NCBI GenBank assembly: GCA_963848165.1
Contig: CAWKCS010000025.1
Location: 28,151-92,150, forward strand
Direction of reading: 5' to 3'
Length of the DNA stretch: 64,000 nucleotides
Source of the DNA: an uncultured delta proteobacterium
GTDB taxonomy: Bacteria > Desulfobacterota > Desulfobacteria > Desulfobacterales > B30-G6
In this document: positions 10,501-22,089 of the stretch, piece by piece
How the letters are laid out: each line of letters begins with the position of its first letter
How positions within the stretch are numbered: the first letter of the stretch is position 1
Position numbers and translations under genes: made by a program
The notes under the pieces: model-generated
Database searches by the model: none
The model's input: only the letters and a program-made list of their open reading frames with translations
Told to the model about the DNA's origin: nothing

Positions 10501-11957
10501 GAAAGCATCAATGCGCGTGCTTCGATCTGGGATTCAACGGACAGAGGCACATGAACCGCCATCTGGTCACCATCGAAGTCTGCATTGAACGCCGTACAAA
10601 CCAGCGGGTGCAGTTGAATCGCCTTGCCCTCGATGAGTATCGGTTCAAACGCCTGAATACCCAGACGGTGCAGTGTCGGCGCACGGTTCAGAAGCACTGG
10701 ATATTCTCTTACCACCTCATCAAGGGTGTCCCAAACTTCCGGGACCTCCTTTTCAACCATTTTCTTGGCACTTTTAACGGTAGAAACCAGACCTTTCTGT
10801 TCGAGTCGATAGTAGACAAACGGTTTGAAAAGTTCCAGCGCCATCTTCTTGGGCAAACCACATTGGTGAAGCCGCAATTCCGGTCCCACCGAAATAACGG
10901 TTCGCCCGGAGTAATCCACGCGCTTGCCTAAAAGATTCTGTCTGAAACGTCCCTGTTTCCCTTTCAGGGTGTCACTCAGGGATTTCAGGGGTCGCTTATT
11001 GGAACCTGTTATGACCCTGCCGTGCCGTCCGTTGTCAAAAAGCACATCAACGGATTCCTGAAGCATTCGCTTTTCATTACGCACGATAATATCAGGTGCT
11101 TTCAGGTCCATAAGCCGTTTCAAACGGTTGTTTCTGTTTATAACCCTTCGGTAAAGATCGTTGAGATCGGATGTTGCAAAACGTCCGCCCTCCAGGGGGA
11201 CAAGGGGACGCAAATCCGGGGGCAACACCGGGATGACATCCATGATCATCCACACCGGATTGACTCCGGATCGTCGAAAGGAATCGACGATTTTAAGTCG
11301 CTTGGAAAGCTTCTGCCGTTTGGCAATGGAGTTTGTGGCCCGGATATCTTCTCGGAGCTGGACATAGAGCGCCTCAAGATCGATCTCCTCAAGGAGCCTC
11401 TTGACAGCCTCAGCACCAATACCCGCTTCAAATTTCGACCCATAAAGCTCCTGGGCTTCGCGGTATTTCTCGTCGGTCAACAACTGGCACTTGGACAGCC
11501 CTGTATCCTTCGGGTCAATCACGATGTAACTGTCGAAATAGAGAACCTTCTCCATGTTCTTCAATGTCAGGTCGAGCAAATTTCCGATCTTACTCGGCAG
11601 ACTCTTTAGAAACCAGATGTGGGATACCGGTGTTGCCAATGCAATATGGGCCATCCTCTCCCGCCGTACTTTGGACTGGATGACTTCAACCCCGCATTTC
11701 TCGCAGATGACACCACGATGCTTCATGCGCTTGTATTTGCCGCAGTTGCATTCATAGTCCTTGGTTGGGCCGAATATTTTTGCACAGAAAAGACCATCAC
11801 GCTCCGGTTTAAACGTCCTGTAATTGATCGTCTCCGGCTTTTTGATTTCGCCGCTGGACCACTGCAGGATCTGTTCCGATGATGCAAGCGATATTCGAAC
11901 ACCACTGTAAAGCTTCGGGTCTTTGGGCTTGGCAAAAAAATCGTATAATGTATCCAT
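7554..11957 (-). CDS. rpoC: DNA-directed RNA polymerase subunit beta'
   Basis: 1467-aa ORF with the zinc-binding [23 protein letters not shown] motif, the catalytic NADFDGDQM motif and a trigger-loop region. It contains an extra ~100-aa block (see finding). Confidence 0.99.
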   Translation of the reverse strand: MDTLYDFFAKPKDPKLYSGVRISLASSEQILQWSSGEIKKPETINYRTFKPERDGLFCAKIFGPTKDYECNCGKYKRMKHRGVICEKCGVEVIQSKVRRERMAHIALATPVSHIWFLKSLPSKIGNLLDLTLKNMEKVLYFDSYIVIDPKDTGLSKCQLLTDEKYREAQELYGSKFEAGIGAEAVKRLLEEIDLEALYVQLREDIRATNSIAKRQKLSKRLKIVDSFRRSGVNPVWMIMDVIPVLPPDLRPLVPLEGGRFATSDLNDLYRRVINRNNRLKRLMDLKAPDIIVRNEKRMLQESVDVLFDNGRHGRVITGSNKRPLKSLSDTLKGKQGRFRQNLLGKRVDYSGRTVISVGPELRLHQCGLPKKMALELFKPFVYYRLEQKGLVSTVKSAKKMVEKEVPEVWDTLDEVVREYPVLLNRAPTLHRLGIQAFEPILIEGKAIQLHPLVCTAFNADFDGDQMAVHVPLSVESQIEARALMLSSNNILSPANGSPIIVPSQDIVLGIYYMTRSIEGAEGEGRLFSNPEEVRSAYDARSVDLHARITVRIAGTRVKTTVGRILLWEIMPREEIMRLRHIMVTDEKSARAVLKKINNGDAFINLVDSYSESADKRFDGDIGLVKKHDLNEILHIDETDAESLFALKAGETSGIIMSNDLMFHLFEAVEKRPEIPFDIVNKVMDKNELRKIVDYAYRNLGPKATVILADRLKNIGYKYSTKGGLSISIDAMIIPDAKWDILKAAETRVTEIGRQYTEGLITQGEKYNKVVDIWAKATDDVANEMMNSMKIAPVIDKDGNPVLGKDNKPVVMESMNPIYMMADSGARGSKDQMRQLAGMRGLMAKPSGEIIETPITANFREGLSVLQYFISTHGARKGLADTALKTANSGYLTRRLADVAQDCIILQDDCGTMMGVEVEPLMEGGEVIQRLSERVLGRTALEDILDPFTDKVLVKAGEEIDEAAVDLIENAGITSAKIRSVLTCKAEHGVCAGCYGRDLAYGKKVEIGQAIGILAAQSIGEPGTQLTMRTFHIGGTASRRVEQADIRARVEGTIKFIDLDVVKNANNKYVVMNRRGGEFAIVSESGRERERFPVIYGAHLDINDGDTVEAGDLLANWDPFTTPILSEVNGTVKFGDLALGKTLQEKVDPVTGKSSRTVIESKTAEERPRISIKDKEGKTASLPKKTGQARYILPVNAILLVEEGDTIQAGDVLAKLPRATTKTKDITGGLPRVAELFEVRKPKEISVLSEIDGYVSIAKGTKKGKQKITVSPVDVGEKKEYLIPRGKHINVYEGDYVRAGEPLIGGSAIPQDILNIKGEVALARYLVDEVQEVYRLQGVRINDKHIEVIVRQMMRRVKVREIGDTDFIIEEQVDKIIFETANRAVIEKGGRPAVAEPLILGITKASLSTESFISAASFQETTKVLTEASISGAVDHLRGLKENVIMGRIIPAGTGLKVHRDVMIEQAE

Positions 11958-11979
11958 AGATAATTACCTTTTTATGCGT

Positions 11980-14900
11980 TTAGTTGTTTACGTCGTCTTC
12001 CAGGAGCATCACGTCCAAACCTAAACTCTGTAGTTCCTTTGTCAGAACTTTAAAGGATTCGGGTATGCCGGGTTCCAGCACATTCTGACCTTTTACGATC
12101 TTTTCGTACATACGGGTTCTACCGGCCATGTCGTCAGACTTGACGGTAATAAATTCCTGGAGAGCATGCGCAGCGCCATATGCTTCCATGGCCCAGACCT
12201 CCATTTCCCCCAGACGCTGACCTCCGAACTGTGCTTTGCCGCCCAGCGGCTGCTGGGTTACGAGGGAATACGGCCCGATGGATCTGGCATGAATTTTATC
12301 GTCCACAAGATGATGCAGTTTTAGCATGTACATGGTACCCACGGTAATTTTTTCCTTGAAGGCCTCTCCTGTATGGCCGTCATAGAGTGTCGTCTGAGCA
12401 GTCGTGGATAGTCCCGCTTCCTTCAGGAGCGCTTTTACCTCATCCTCTTTTGCACCGTCAAATACCGGAGTAGCCATGTGAACACCGTTCGCATATCCCT
12501 GAGCAAAATCCCTCAATTCCCCTTCATCCATCTTTTGAACCATTTGATGAATGGCGTCATCGTCAAAGATCCGTTTCATCTTTTCCCGGATCAGATTCAT
12601 TTCATTGTCTCTTATGAACTTGTTGAGTTGATCGCCGAGGCCTTTTGCAACACATCCCAGATGAATTTCCAGAATCTGGCCCACATTCATACGCGATGGA
12701 ACACCCAATGGATTAAGAACCATGTCCACTGTTTCACCGTTCTCGAAATACGGCATATCTTCCACCGGCAGTATTCGTGACACGACACCCTTGTTGCCGT
12801 GTCGTCCGGCCATCTTGTCGCCCACAGAAAGCTTGCGCTTCATGGCCACATATACCTTGACCATCTTGATGACGCCCGGCGGCATTTCATCCCCTCTTTC
12901 GTACCGAAGAAGCTTGTTCTCGAACTCTTCCCGCACACGTTCCTGCTCATTGCGATAGAGCTCCAGGTAATCGTGAATCTTCTCGGTGATTTCTGCATCG
13001 CTCAGAACGATGCCTTCAAAATGGGCAACGGAGATGCCTTTCAACATTTCGCTATCGATCAGTTTGTCTTTCTTTAGAAGCGTCTTCTGGCCTTTTTTCA
13101 GGGGTGATGCGCATTTCTGCCCCACCAGGAGCTTCTCGATCCGTGTTTGCATCATCCCGCTCATGACGGATAGTTTGGCATCCCTGTTACTTTCGAGGAT
13201 GCCGATCTCCTCATTCTCTATGAGCTGTGCCCGCTCATCTTTTTCGGTCCCTCTTCTGGCAAAAACCTTTGCATCGATGACGATACCTTCAACGCCCGGC
13301 GGCACGCGCAGAGATGTATCCTTGACGTCTCCGGCTTTTTCACCGAATATCGCCCGCAGCAGTTTTTCCTCGGGTGAGAGTTGTGTATCTCCCTTGGGCG
13401 TAATTTTCCCAACCAGAATATCTCCCTGAGTCACCTCGGCTCCGAGTCGTATAATCCCGCTTTCATCCAGGTCTTTGAGCGCCTCTTCGCCGACATTCGG
13501 AATATCTCTCGTTATTTCTTCCTTGCCCAGCTTGGTATCTCTGGCGACCACTTCGAATTCCTCGATATGCACGGAGGTATAAATGCCGTCCCGAACCAGT
13601 CTTTCGCTCACCAGAATGGAATCTTCAAAGTTATAACCGCCCCAGGGCATAAAAGCCACGGTAACGTTTTTCCCGAGGGCAAGCTCTCCCTGGTCTGTGG
13701 CAGGGCCGTCTGCAATGATATCTCCGGCAGAAATGATGTCACCTTTTCTGACGATGGGCCGGTGATTAAAGCAGGTGTTCTGATTTGAGCGGCTGAACTT
13801 GGAAAGGTTGTAAACGGTCACCGGCTTTTCAAATTCATTATCCGTCCGGCCATGGGAAAGAACGATACGGGAAGCATCGACATCTTCAACAACGCCATCC
13901 CGGTCCGCCACGATAGTGACACCGGAATCCTTGGCAACAACACCCTCTATACCCGTACCCACAAGCGGCGCTTCGTTCATGATCAACGGAACAGCCTGCC
14001 GCTGCATGTTGGATCCCATCAAGGCCCTGTTGGCATCATCATTTTCAAGGAAGGGAATCAATGAGGCGGATACGCTCACGAGCTGATTGGGTGAAATGTC
14101 CATGAATTCGAGATTTTCCCTTTCGACCATCATAAACTCACCCTCAACCCGCGATGTTACAAGCGGATTGACGAATTCCCTTTTTTCGTTGATGACAGCA
14201 TTGGCCTGGGCAATGGGATGCTTTTTTTCTTCAAATGCGCTCAGAAACTTGACCTTGTCTGTTACCTTAGCATTTTCAACGACCTGATAAGGCGTTTCGA
14301 TAAACCCGAAATTGTTCACACGCGCATACGTGCTCAGAGACACAATCAGACCGATGTTGGGGCCCTCGGGGGTTTCGATGGGGCAAATTCTGCCATAGTG
14401 AGAAGGGTGCACATCCCGAACTTCAAATCCGGCACGCTCACGCGTCAGCCCGCCCGGCCCCAGGGCGCTTAGTCGCCGCTTGTGTGTCGTCTCGGACAAC
14501 GGATTGGTCTGGTCCATGAATTGGCTGAGCTGGCTCGTTCCGAAAAATTCTTTGACGACAGCTGAAACCGGCTTGGGATTGACGAGATCATGCGGCATGA
14601 GTGCATCGACTTCCTGCAGACTCATCCTTTCCTTTATGGCACGTTCCATCCTCACCAGTCCGATTCGGTACTGGTTTTCCAGAAGCTCGCCCACCGCACG
14701 TACGCGACGGTTGCCCAGGTGATCGATATCATCGACAACGCCCTGTGTGTCCTTGAGCGCCAGAAGTGTCTTGGCGGTAAGAAAAATATCTTCTTTCCTG
14801 AGCGTGCGGAGCTGGATCGGGGTTTCAATACCCAATCGCAAGTTTAACTTGAGCCGGCCCACACTTGATAGATCATAATAAGACGATTTAAAAAACAGAT

Positions 14901-16083
14901 GATCCATGAAATCCTGGGCCACTTCAGGTGTTGCAGGATTCCCGGGTCTCAAGCGCCTGTAAATTTCTATGAGGGCATCTTCCTTTTTCTCGACCTTGTC
15001 GAGATTGAGGGTTTTATGAATCGATTCACTGCTTGTGACACCGTCAATGTGCAGGATATCAAATTCGGTGATGCCGGCGTCGAGGATCCGGTCCAGAACC
15101 TCCGCATCGATAACTGTATTGGGTTTAGCAATTATATCACCGGTTTCCGGATCGATAATGGTATAGGCCGAGATACGGTTTTCCAACGATTCCTTGCTCA
15201 CGGGAATCGTTTCGATCCCACTGTCGGCCATCTGCTTGAGAGACCGTTTGGTGAACATGCGTCCTTTTTTAGCGATGATCTCTCCCGATTTGGGATCCTT
15301 GACACTCTCGGCAGCCCGTTGACCTTTCAGTAGTTCCGGGTTGAAGGCTTTAAGAATTTTCTTCCCTTTCAAAAATATCCGGTCAAAACTGTAGAAATAG
15401 GAAAGAATATCCTCGGTTGAATAGCCAAAGGCTTTGAATAGAATCGTTATCGGAAATTTGCGCCGCCGGTCAATTCGGATGTGTAAAATATCTTTGGGAT
15501 CGATTTCCATGTCGATCCAGGAACCCCGCACCGGTATGATCCGCGAACTATAGATAATCTTACCACTGGAATGTGATTTTCCCTTGTCATGGTCGAAAAA
15601 TACGCCGGATGATCGGTGCAGCTGGCTGACGACGACACGCTCGGTTCCGTTAATGATGAAAGTCCCCTTTTCCGTCATAAGGGGAATCGTTCCAAAGTAG
15701 ATCTCCTGCTCTTTGATATCACGGATATTGGACACGCCGGATTCTTTATCTACCTCGTAAACAACGAGGCGAACCGTAATACGTACAGGCAGCTCATAGG
15801 TCATGCCCCTCTGCACACATTCCTCTTCACTGTGCTTGATTTCTCCAAAGCGGTAAGAGACGAATTCGAGAGAAGCGCTTCCCGTAAAATCTTTGATCGG
15901 GTATACGGACTTGAATACAGCCTGCAGGCCGATCTCCTCTCTTTGTTCCGGAGGAATATCCATTTGCAGGAAACGCGCAAAAGATTCCCTCTGCATACCG
16001 ATCAGATCCGGAATGTCCACTATTTTACGTATTTTACCAAAATTTTTTCGAATGCGCTTTATGGCCGAAGGTCTATTCGACAT
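11980..16083 (-). CDS. rpoB: DNA-directed RNA polymerase subunit beta
   Basis: 1367-aa ORF (…[39 protein letters not shown]…). Confidence 0.99.
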   Translation of the reverse strand: MSNRPSAIKRIRKNFGKIRKIVDIPDLIGMQRESFARFLQMDIPPEQREEIGLQAVFKSVYPIKDFTGSASLEFVSYRFGEIKHSEEECVQRGMTYELPVRITVRLVVYEVDKESGVSNIRDIKEQEIYFGTIPLMTEKGTFIINGTERVVVSQLHRSSGVFFDHDKGKSHSSGKIIYSSRIIPVRGSWIDMEIDPKDILHIRIDRRRKFPITILFKAFGYSTEDILSYFYSFDRIFLKGKKILKAFNPELLKGQRAAESVKDPKSGEIIAKKGRMFTKRSLKQMADSGIETIPVSKESLENRISAYTIIDPETGDIIAKPNTVIDAEVLDRILDAGITEFDILHIDGVTSSESIHKTLNLDKVEKKEDALIEIYRRLRPGNPATPEVAQDFMDHLFFKSSYYDLSSVGRLKLNLRLGIETPIQLRTLRKEDIFLTAKTLLALKDTQGVVDDIDHLGNRRVRAVGELLENQYRIGLVRMERAIKERMSLQEVDALMPHDLVNPKPVSAVVKEFFGTSQLSQFMDQTNPLSETTHKRRLSALGPGGLTRERAGFEVRDVHPSHYGRICPIETPEGPNIGLIVSLSTYARVNNFGFIETPYQVVENAKVTDKVKFLSAFEEKKHPIAQANAVINEKREFVNPLVTSRVEGEFMMVERENLEFMDISPNQLVSVSASLIPFLENDDANRALMGSNMQRQAVPLIMNEAPLVGTGIEGVVAKDSGVTIVADRDGVVEDVDASRIVLSHGRTDNEFEKPVTVYNLSKFSRSNQNTCFNHRPIVRKGDIISAGDIIADGPATDQGELALGKNVTVAFMPWGGYNFEDSILVSERLVRDGIYTSVHIEEFEVVARDTKLGKEEITRDIPNVGEEALKDLDESGIIRLGAEVTQGDILVGKITPKGDTQLSPEEKLLRAIFGEKAGDVKDTSLRVPPGVEGIVIDAKVFARRGTEKDERAQLIENEEIGILESNRDAKLSVMSGMMQTRIEKLLVGQKCASPLKKGQKTLLKKDKLIDSEMLKGISVAHFEGIVLSDAEITEKIHDYLELYRNEQERVREEFENKLLRYERGDEMPPGVIKMVKVYVAMKRKLSVGDKMAGRHGNKGVVSRILPVEDMPYFENGETVDMVLNPLGVPSRMNVGQILEIHLGCVAKGLGDQLNKFIRDNEMNLIREKMKRIFDDDAIHQMVQKMDEGELRDFAQGYANGVHMATPVFDGAKEDEVKALLKEAGLSTTAQTTLYDGHTGEAFKEKITVGTMYMLKLHHLVDDKIHARSIGPYSLVTQQPLGGKAQFGGQRLGEMEVWAMEAYGAAHALQEFITVKSDDMAGRTRMYEKIVKGQNVLEPGIPESFKVLTKELQSLGLDVMLLEDDVNN

Positions 16084-16154
16084 GGCATCTCCAATTTTTT
16101 AAAAGGTTCTGTATCGGTTTAATTTACAGTTCCTATCTTTTACCTAAGATGAGC

Positions 16155-16231
16155 GTTTCAAATTTTAAGAATATGGGATCTATAAATAATTTCAAAGGAT
16201 TTGATTCATTTAAATTCTTAAAATTTGAAAC
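16155..16231. repeat. Perfect 18-bp inverted repeat in the rplL-rpoB spacer
   Basis: gtttcaaattttaagaat (16155-16172) pairs with attcttaaaatttgaaac (16214-16231) across a 41-nt AT-rich spacer. It would form a long hairpin in the rplL-rpoB transcript. Confidence 0.8.
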
Positions 16232-16373
16232 CCGTTGGGATTGCCGATCTTGCCGCATCTACGGTGTCAGATGCCATCCCGCATAGTTCACTATAGCGGA
16301 ACAGCATCTTCCTTGTAGCTACGGCAACCTCGACAATCGCTCAACTTAGGTTTTACATAACAAATCACCGAAT

Positions 16374-16413
16374 AACTCGGTTCGGCTGTTTTTCAAAGGG
16401 ACCGAACCGAGTT
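16374..16413 (-). terminator. 12-bp hairpin just downstream of rplL (possible attenuator or processing site)
   Basis: aactcggttcgg (16374-16385) pairs with ccgaaccgagtt (16402-16413) around a 16-nt loop. There is no clean U-tract after it on the minus strand, so at best it is a partial terminator. This matches the known rplL-rpoB attenuation arrangement in E. coli. Confidence 0.45.
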
Positions 16414-16452
16414 AACAGGCATATTGGCCAAACAGACTAAATAGATAAACTG

Positions 16453-16839
16453 CTATTTCATTTCTACCTGGGCGCCCGCTTCTTCAAGCTGAGCAACGAG
16501 TTTCTCTGCTTCTTCCTTGGCAATACCTTCTTTGACGGGTTTGGGTGCTTCATCGACAAGCGCCTTGGCGTCTTTCAGGCCAAGCCCGGTAATTGCCCGG
16601 ACTTCCTTGATAACCGCTATTTTTTTATCGCCTGCGGCTACCAGGATAACATCAAATTCGGTCTGCTCCTCTTCCTGTGCACCAGCGCCTGCATCACCGG
16701 CACCCACTGCCATCATGGCTACAGGGGCGGCGGCTGAGACGCCAAATTTTTCTTCCATTTCCTTGACAAGTTCCGAAAGATCCAGAACCGACATATTCGC
16801 TATAAATTCAATTACATCTTCTTTTGTGATATCAGCCAT
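16453..16839 (-). CDS. rplL: 50S ribosomal protein L7/L12
   Basis: 128-aa ORF with an Ala-rich hinge and the C-terminal …[29 protein letters not shown]…. Confidence 0.98.
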   Translation of the reverse strand: MADITKEDVIEFIANMSVLDLSELVKEMEEKFGVSAAAPVAMMAVGAGDAGAGAQEEEQTEFDVILVAAGDKKIAVIKEVRAITGLGLKDAKALVDEAPKPVKEGIAKEEAEKLVAQLEEAGAQVEMK

Positions 16840-16875
16840 TTTAATGTATCCTCCAATTGATTTTTTTTCTTTTAA

Positions 16876-17397
16876 TTATCCGGCTTCCTTCTGATCCTTT
16901 ATCGCGGTCAGGACATTGAGGAAATTTCCAGTAACACCATTGAGTACTCTTACAAATGCGGTCGGTACGCCATTCATGGCAGAAAGCACCTGTCCCAGGA
17001 GAACTTCCCGAGATGGCAGGAATGCCAGAGATTTGATGGCGTCGACATCCAGCATCTTATTCCCCATGACACCCGCTTTGATCTCAAGTTTTTGATTCTC
17101 TTTGGCAAATTCAGTAAGAACTTTTGCCGGCGCAACCGGATCCTCATAACTGATAGCTATCGCGCTGGGACCGACAAAATATTCCTTAATAACGGCAACG
17201 TCGGTACCTTCCGATGCCCTGATGAGAAGCGTGTTCTTGGCAACCTGATAATCGATGTGCTCTTCCCTGAGTTTCCGACGCAGGGCGTTGATGGCCATGA
17301 CGTCAAGACCCTTGTAGTCTGTGACGATGACGACCTTCGATTTCGAAAATCTTTCCTTGAGATTCTCGGCGATCAGTTTCTTTTTTTCTTTTTTCAA
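16876..17397 (-). CDS. rplJ: 50S ribosomal protein L10
   Basis: The ORF-track ORF extends to 17499. The likely start is the in-frame TTG at 17397-17395, preceded by GGAGGTG, giving a typical ~173-aa L10 (…KKEKKKLIAENLKERFSKSKVVIVTDYKGLDV…). Confidence 0.9.
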   Translation of the reverse strand: MKKEKKKLIAENLKERFSKSKVVIVTDYKGLDVMAINALRRKLREEHIDYQVAKNTLLIRASEGTDVAVIKEYFVGPSAIAISYEDPVAPAKVLTEFAKENQKLEIKAGVMGNKMLDVDAIKSLAFLPSREVLLGQVLSAMNGVPTAFVRVLNGVTGNFLNVLTAIKDQKEAG

Positions 17398-17545
17398 TGT
17401 TAACTCACACCTCCTTCCTTTTTTCTGAAAAAAACCGGAGGAGACAAACCTTTGCAGCGTTTGCTTCAATAAGCCGCCTCGGTAGGATGGCATGGCCACT
17501 TAGGCACGAATAGGTGCACCTACTGTCTTTGACAGGCTTTTTTCA
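17398..17545 (-). promoter_or_regulatory. Putative L10 (rplJL) leader region
   Basis: A 268-nt untranslated spacer lies between rplA and rplJ, with local stems (gtagg…cctac at 17481-17522; ctgtc ttt gacag at 17523-17535). Assignment is by position and analogy to the known L10-L12 autoregulatory leader. It was not verified against a covariance model. Confidence 0.35.
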
Positions 17546-17665
17546 TTGATATTGACTGCACAAAAGACTATCCATCTCCGCAAGAGCGTCAGAACGGCAC
17601 CCTCAGGTTGTGGATTGGGTAGTCTTGGCAGATTCAAACCTGTGATATCCTTTTTCAGGAACAGT

Positions 17666-18376
17666 CTACTTGATCAGGTCTTTGATAGAGGAAATGTCGA
17701 TCTTAATCCCGGGTCCCATTGTCGTAGAGACAGCAATTCCTTTAAGATAGGTTCCTTTGCTGGACGCCGGCTTAAGTCGAACGATGGTTTCCAGAAATGC
17801 GGTTACATTCTGAAAAATTTTGTCTACACCAAATGACACTTTTCCCATGGGCGCATGAATGATTCCCGCCTTTTCGACTCGAAATTCAATTTTCCCAGCC
17901 TTGAGCTCCTGGACGGCCCGGGCCACATCAAATGTCACCGTGCCTGTTTTGGCATTCGGCATCAGACCACGCGGACCGAGCAATTTTCCTATTTTACCGA
18001 CAGAACCCATGATGTCCGGCGTAGCCACTGCTTTGTCAAAGCCAAACCAGCCCTCTCTAATCTTTTCAATCAACTCGTCGTTGCCTACAAAATCAGCACC
18101 CGCTTCCTGCGCCTCGGTTTCTTTTTCTCCTTTGGCGAAGACAAGAACGCTTACCTGTTTCCCGAGACCATTGGGAAGAATAACAGTGCCCCGGATCATC
18201 TGATCCGCATGTCGAGGATCGACACCCAGGCGTACGGCAACGTCTATTGTTTCATCAAATTTGGCGAACGAAGCATCGATGGCTGTTTTCAAGGCATCCG
18301 CCATGCTCTGTCTCTCGCCGCTCAGGTTCTTTGTAGCACCTAAATAATTTTTGCCCCGTTTTGGCATTTTGCTCAC
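17666..18376 (-). CDS. rplA: 50S ribosomal protein L1
   Basis: 236-aa ORF (…[26 protein letters not shown]…). Confidence 0.96.
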   Translation of the reverse strand: MSKMPKRGKNYLGATKNLSGERQSMADALKTAIDASFAKFDETIDVAVRLGVDPRHADQMIRGTVILPNGLGKQVSVLVFAKGEKETEAQEAGADFVGNDELIEKIREGWFGFDKAVATPDIMGSVGKIGKLLGPRGLMPNAKTGTVTFDVARAVQELKAGKIEFRVEKAGIIHAPMGKVSFGVDKIFQNVTAFLETIVRLKPASSKGTYLKGIAVSTTMGPGIKIDISSIKDLIK

Positions 18377-18457
18377 TTACTCCCTTTTGCCATTAAAATA
18401 TAACAACCCACGTACCTATATGATAATTAGGGCTGCCGTGTCATATCCGCAAACAGA

Positions 18458-18880
18458 CTATTTCACCTCTATTCCCATGCTTCTTGCAGTACCGCTGATG
18501 ATCTTGCATGCTGCGTCCAGATCATTTGCGTTCAGATCGACCATCTTGAGATTAGCGATCTCTTCTACCTGTGCGCGCGTAACGGACCCGACGCGGTCAC
18601 GCTTGGGATCACCGGCACCTTTTGCGACTGCAGCTGCTTTTTTAAGAAGCACAGCCGCCGGTGGTGTTTTGGTGATGAATTTGAATGTTCTGTCCTGGAA
18701 AACCGTTATCACGACAGGTATAATCATTCCCTCATCATTGGCTGTCCTGGCATTGAAAGCCTTGCAGAAATCCATGATATTGACGCCGTGCTGCCCCAAT
18801 GCGGGTCCAATCGGGGGGGAAGGATTTGCTTTCCCGGCCGTAACCTGAAGTTTAATTAGAGCCATAACTTTTTTTGCCAT
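18458..18880 (-). CDS. rplK: 50S ribosomal protein L11
   Basis: 140-aa ORF ([43 protein letters not shown]…). Confidence 0.98.
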   Translation of the reverse strand: MAKKVMALIKLQVTAGKANPSPPIGPALGQHGVNIMDFCKAFNARTANDEGMIIPVVITVFQDRTFKFITKTPPAAVLLKKAAAVAKGAGDPKRDRVGSVTRAQVEEIANLKMVDLNANDLDAACKIISGTARSMGIEVK

Positions 18881-18904
18881 TTAATATACTCCTGATTTCT
18901 GTTT

Positions 18905-19435
18905 CTAAATTTTTTGAACTTGTACAAACTCCAGTTCGACCGGTGTAGATCTACCGAAAATGCTTACCAGAACCTTGATTTTTCCCTTTTCAGGGTTCAC
19001 ATCTTCTACGGTTCCATTAAAATTTGAGAAGGGGCCGTCAATAACCCGAATTTCGTCGCCCGATTCGAAATAGTACTTGGGCTGGGGTTTTTCTTTGCCT
19101 GCTTCCATGCGGTTGATGATCTGTTCCGCTTCTTCGTCCGATATGGGTGTCGGTCTTTCTCTGCCGCCTAAAAAACCACTGACCTTGGCAGTGTCATTGA
19201 CAATATGCCAGGTTTCGTCATCAAGTTCCATTCGTACTAGAATATACCCAGGATAAAATTTTCGAGACGATGTCTTTCTTTTACCCTTGACCAATTCAAC
19301 GATTTCCTCTGTGGGCACAAGTACTTCACCAAATTTTTCGGGATGAGGAGATGAAGCAACCCGTTCTTCCAGCGCAATCTTGACCTTGCTTTCAAATCCC
19401 GAATAAACATGGACGATATACCATTTAAGTGCCAT
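18905..19435 (-). CDS. nusG: transcription termination/antitermination factor NusG
   Basis: 176-aa ORF (…[16 protein letters not shown]… with a C-terminal KOW-like …[21 protein letters not shown]…). Confidence 0.96.
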   Translation of the reverse strand: MALKWYIVHVYSGFESKVKIALEERVASSPHPEKFGEVLVPTEEIVELVKGKRKTSSRKFYPGYILVRMELDDETWHIVNDTAKVSGFLGGRERPTPISDEEAEQIINRMEAGKEKPQPKYYFESGDEIRVIDGPFSNFNGTVEDVNPEKGKIKVLVSIFGRSTPVELEFVQVQKI

Positions 19436-19454
19436 CTCGCTTTTCTCCTGATAT

Positions 19455-19856
19455 TTAATTGAGGACGACCCGGATCAGTCCTGACAACCCCATATCAACA
19501 ACACCGAGGAAAAGGGATATGATCATGGCAAGTATCACCACGACAACAGTAGATCCGATGGTTTGTTTTCTGGAGGGCCATGTCACCTTTTTAAGCTCTA
19601 CCTTGACCTCTCTGAGAAATTGGAGGCTCTTATCAATAAGGTTGGGTTCCTTCTTGCCACTCACGGCCTTAACCGGCTTAGAAGGTTTCCTGATCGGTAC
19701 GAGTTTTTTGGCTTTGGTTCCCGTGTCGGCGCTCTTTTTTTCCGGATTCGTTTCCGGCGTCCCCGTCTCTGCCGATTTCGGCGACAGCACGTTATCCACA
19801 GCCCCTGCCGATGATTTTTTCTGGCCTGAAGGCTTCTTCCGTTTTAACCGTCCCAT
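19455..19856 (-). CDS. secE: preprotein translocase subunit SecE (long Lys/Pro-rich N-terminal extension)
   Basis: The C-terminus (…FLREVKVELKKVTWPSRKQTIGSTVVVVILAMIISLFLGVVD…) is the SecE core with one TM segment. The gene lies upstream of nusG. The start codon is uncertain, and the N-terminal ~75 aa are low complexity. Confidence 0.85.
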   Translation of the reverse strand: MGRLKRKKPSGQKKSSAGAVDNVLSPKSAETGTPETNPEKKSADTGTKAKKLVPIRKPSKPVKAVSGKKEPNLIDKSLQFLREVKVELKKVTWPSRKQTIGSTVVVVILAMIISLFLGVVDMGLSGLIRVVLN

Positions 19857-19959
19857 TGGTCTCCTGAAAACGTGAACATTTGCCGAAGAAGCGCATATCA
19901 GCTCTTCGATGGTTCACGGATGAATGCATTAATCGTTTACAAATCTCTTCCCATAAAAG

Positions 19960-20035
19960 TGGCAGGCCAGGAGGGATTCGAACCCCCAACACCCGGATTT
20001 GGAGTCCGACGCTCTACCGTTAGAGCTACTGGCCT
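19960..20035 (-). tRNA. trpT: tRNA-Trp (anticodon CCA)
   Basis: Minus strand reads AGGCCAG TA GCTC…GAGC G TCGGA CT CCA AA TCCGG … GGTTCGAATCC … CTGGCCT G CCA. It folds as a cloverleaf with an encoded CCA end. Confidence 0.92.
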
Positions 20036-20083
20036 GCATGGGGCGAGTCATCATGAACATTATCACCTGTATCGCTTTTCTCG

Positions 20084-20233
20084 CTATTTCGTTTCCTTGT
20101 GCGACGTGTGTTTGCGACAGAATCGGCAGTATTTATTGAATTCCAGCTTATCCGGTGTCGTCCTTTTGTTCTTCGTGGTTGTATAATTTCTTCTTTTGCA
20201 TTCTGTACATGCAAGGGTAACTATTATTCTCAC
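20084..20233 (-). CDS. rpmG: 50S ribosomal protein L33
   Basis: Not in the ORF track because it is under 60 aa. A GTG start (20233-20231) is preceded by GAAGGAG. The translation is [49 protein letters not shown], with the L33 zinc-ribbon CxxC…CxxC. Confidence 0.9.
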   Translation of the reverse strand: MRIIVTLACTECKRRNYTTTKNKRTTPDKLEFNKYCRFCRKHTSHKETK

Positions 20234-20251
20234 CAGTAAACTCCTTCGCCG

Positions 20252-21445
20252 TTATTCGATTATTTCGCTAACCACTCCGGCACCGACGGTTCGACCGCCT
20301 TCACGTATGGCAAACCTGAGCTCTTTTTCCATCGCAATGGGTGTGATCAGTTCGGCCGTTATCGTTACGTTGTCGCCCGGCATCACCATCTCGACGCCCT
20401 CGGGTAGATCCAGAATCCCGGTCACATCCGTTGTCCGAAAATAAAACTGCGGCCGGTATCCATTAAAAAACGGCGTGTGGCGTCCACCCTCTTCCTTGCT
20501 CAATATGTAGACTTCCGCTTTGAACTTCGTATGCGGCGTGATCGTTCCCGGTATCGCTACAACCTGGCCACGCTCAACCTCGTCACGCTTGGTACCTCGC
20601 AGCAAAACACCGATGTTGTCTCCGGCGCGACCTTCGTCCAACAGTTTCCGGAACATCTCGACTCCCGTACACACCGTCTTCTGCGTCGGTCGAATCCCTA
20701 CGATCTCAACCTCATCGCTCACATGCACAATCCCGCGCTCCACACGACCCGTTACCACCGTGCCACGACCCGATATGCTGAAAACATCCTCTATCGGCAT
20801 CAAAAACGGCTTGTCTATTTCACGCTTGGGCTCCGGTATAAAACTGTCCACGGCGGCCAGAAGCTCGAAAATACACTTGGCATCTTCGCTATCGGCGTCG
20901 TCACTCTCTAACGCCTTCAATGCGCTCCCCCGGATGATCGGTGTGTCGTCCCCGGGAAACTCGTATTTGTCCAATAACTCCCGAAGCTCCAACTCCACCA
21001 GCTCCACTAGCTCCTCATCGTCCACCATGTCGCATTTGTTCAAAAATACAACGATCTGGGGCACACCCACCTGACGGGCCAGCAATATGTGTTCCCGGGT
21101 CTGGGGCATGGGACCATCGTCCGCGCCTACCACCAGGATGGCACCGTCCATCTGCGCCGCTCCCGTAATCATGTTCTTGATATAGTCGGCATGCCCGGGA
21201 CAGTCCACATGGGCATAATGCCGATTGGCCGTCTCATACTCCACATGCGCCGTCGCAATCGTAATCCCCCGCTCTTTCTCCTCGGGGGCCTTGTCTATCT
21301 GATCAAACGGTATGAAATTCGCCATACCTTTCAATCCGCAATGCTTGGTTATCGCCGCTGTCAAGGTCGTCTTCCCGTGATCGATATGGCCTATCGTTCC
21401 TACGTTTACATGCGGCTTGGTTCGATTAAATTTTTCCTTTGCCAT
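20252..21445 (-). CDS. tuf: elongation factor Tu, copy 2 (tufB-like position)
   Basis: Same 397-aa protein as copy 1. The ORF-track extension to 21541 runs into tRNA-Thr and is rejected. The start MAKEKF is at 21445. Confidence 0.99.
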   Translation of the reverse strand: MAKEKFNRTKPHVNVGTIGHIDHGKTTLTAAITKHCGLKGMANFIPFDQIDKAPEEKERGITIATAHVEYETANRHYAHVDCPGHADYIKNMITGAAQMDGAILVVGADDGPMPQTREHILLARQVGVPQIVVFLNKCDMVDDEELVELVELELRELLDKYEFPGDDTPIIRGSALKALESDDADSEDAKCIFELLAAVDSFIPEPKREIDKPFLMPIEDVFSISGRGTVVTGRVERGIVHVSDEVEIVGIRPTQKTVCTGVEMFRKLLDEGRAGDNIGVLLRGTKRDEVERGQVVAIPGTITPHTKFKAEVYILSKEEGGRHTPFFNGYRPQFYFRTTDVTGILDLPEGVEMVMPGDNVTITAELITPIAMEKELRFAIREGGRTVGAGVVSEIIE

Positions 21446-21495
21446 CTTCTCACCCTCCCATGAGTTTTCAAATGATGCTGAAATAAATTCGTTTA

Positions 21496-21572
21496 TGGAG
21501 CCCACGATCGGAATCGAACCGATGAACCTCTTCCTTACCAAGGAAGCGCTCTACCGACTGAGCTACGTGGGC
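21496..21572 (-). tRNA. tRNA-Thr (anticodon GGT)
   Basis: Minus strand reads GCCCACG TA GCTCAGTCGGTAGAGC … CTTCC TT GGT AA GGAAG … CGTGGGC T CCA. Confidence 0.9.
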
Positions 21573-21627
21573 GGATCGTAATCCACAGCGTCAACTGATA
21601 ATGGCCGCATCTTCTGCGAACTTAATT

Positions 21628-21703
21628 TGGAGCGGGAGACGAGGCTCGAACTCGCGACATTCAGCTTGGAAGGCTGAAGCTCTACCAACTGAGCTACTCC
21701 CGC
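21628..21703 (-). tRNA. tRNA-Gly (anticodon TCC)
   Basis: Minus strand reads GCGGGAG TA GCTCAGTTGGTAGAGC … TCAGC CT TCC AA GCTGA … CTCCCGC T CCA. Confidence 0.9.
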
Positions 21704-21852
21704 TTCGGATATCAGTCGACTTTCAGTCAAACAGGGCATGGAGACAACAACGTTTCTTCAAATTGCAGACAACGCATTCAGAAAGAAGCCGTGTAGTTCT
21801 TTGCGACCCCGATTCATAACCGAAATCTCCTACATACAACTTACCAATTGGC

Positions 21853-21937
21853 TGGTGGTGGGGGGAGGATTTGAACCTCCGAAGGCTTCGCCGACAGATT
21901 TACAGTCTGTTCCCTTTGACCACTCGGGAACCCCACC
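21853..21937 (-). tRNA. tRNA-Tyr (anticodon GTA, long variable arm)
   Basis: Minus strand reads GGTGGGG TT CCCGAGTGGTCAAAGGG A ACAGA CT GTA AA TCTGT, then the variable arm CGGCGAAGCCTTCG, then GAGGTTCAAATCCTC CCCCACC A CCA. Confidence 0.9.
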
Positions 21938-22013
21938 TGAACGATTGAAAATCCCATCACCGAAAACAAGCCGCCATGCCCGCTTCGACGATGCAGTAAC
22001 ACGTGATTTAAAA

Positions 22014-22089
22014 TGGAGCCAGCGGAGGGATTCGAACCCCCGACCCACTGATTACAAATCAGTAGCTCTGCCAGCTGAGCTACGCTGGC
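22014..22089 (-). tRNA. tRNA-Thr (anticodon TGT)
   Basis: Minus strand reads GCCAGCG TA GCTCAGCTGGCAGAGC … CTGAT TT TGT AA TCAG … CGCTGGC T CCA. Confidence 0.9.

Noticed and set aside
7926-16122. Numerous 60-200-aa + strand ORFs inside rpoC and rpoB
   Set aside because: All are antisense to two very strongly supported giant genes. No recognisable motifs were seen, so they are treated as shadow ORFs.
21446-21541. N-terminal 32-codon extension of the second tuf ORF (429-aa version in the ORF track)
   Set aside because: The extension overlaps tRNA-Thr(GGT) at 21496-21572. Copy 1 and all EF-Tu proteins start at MAKEKF, and sequence identity between the copies ends 14 nt upstream of that ATG.
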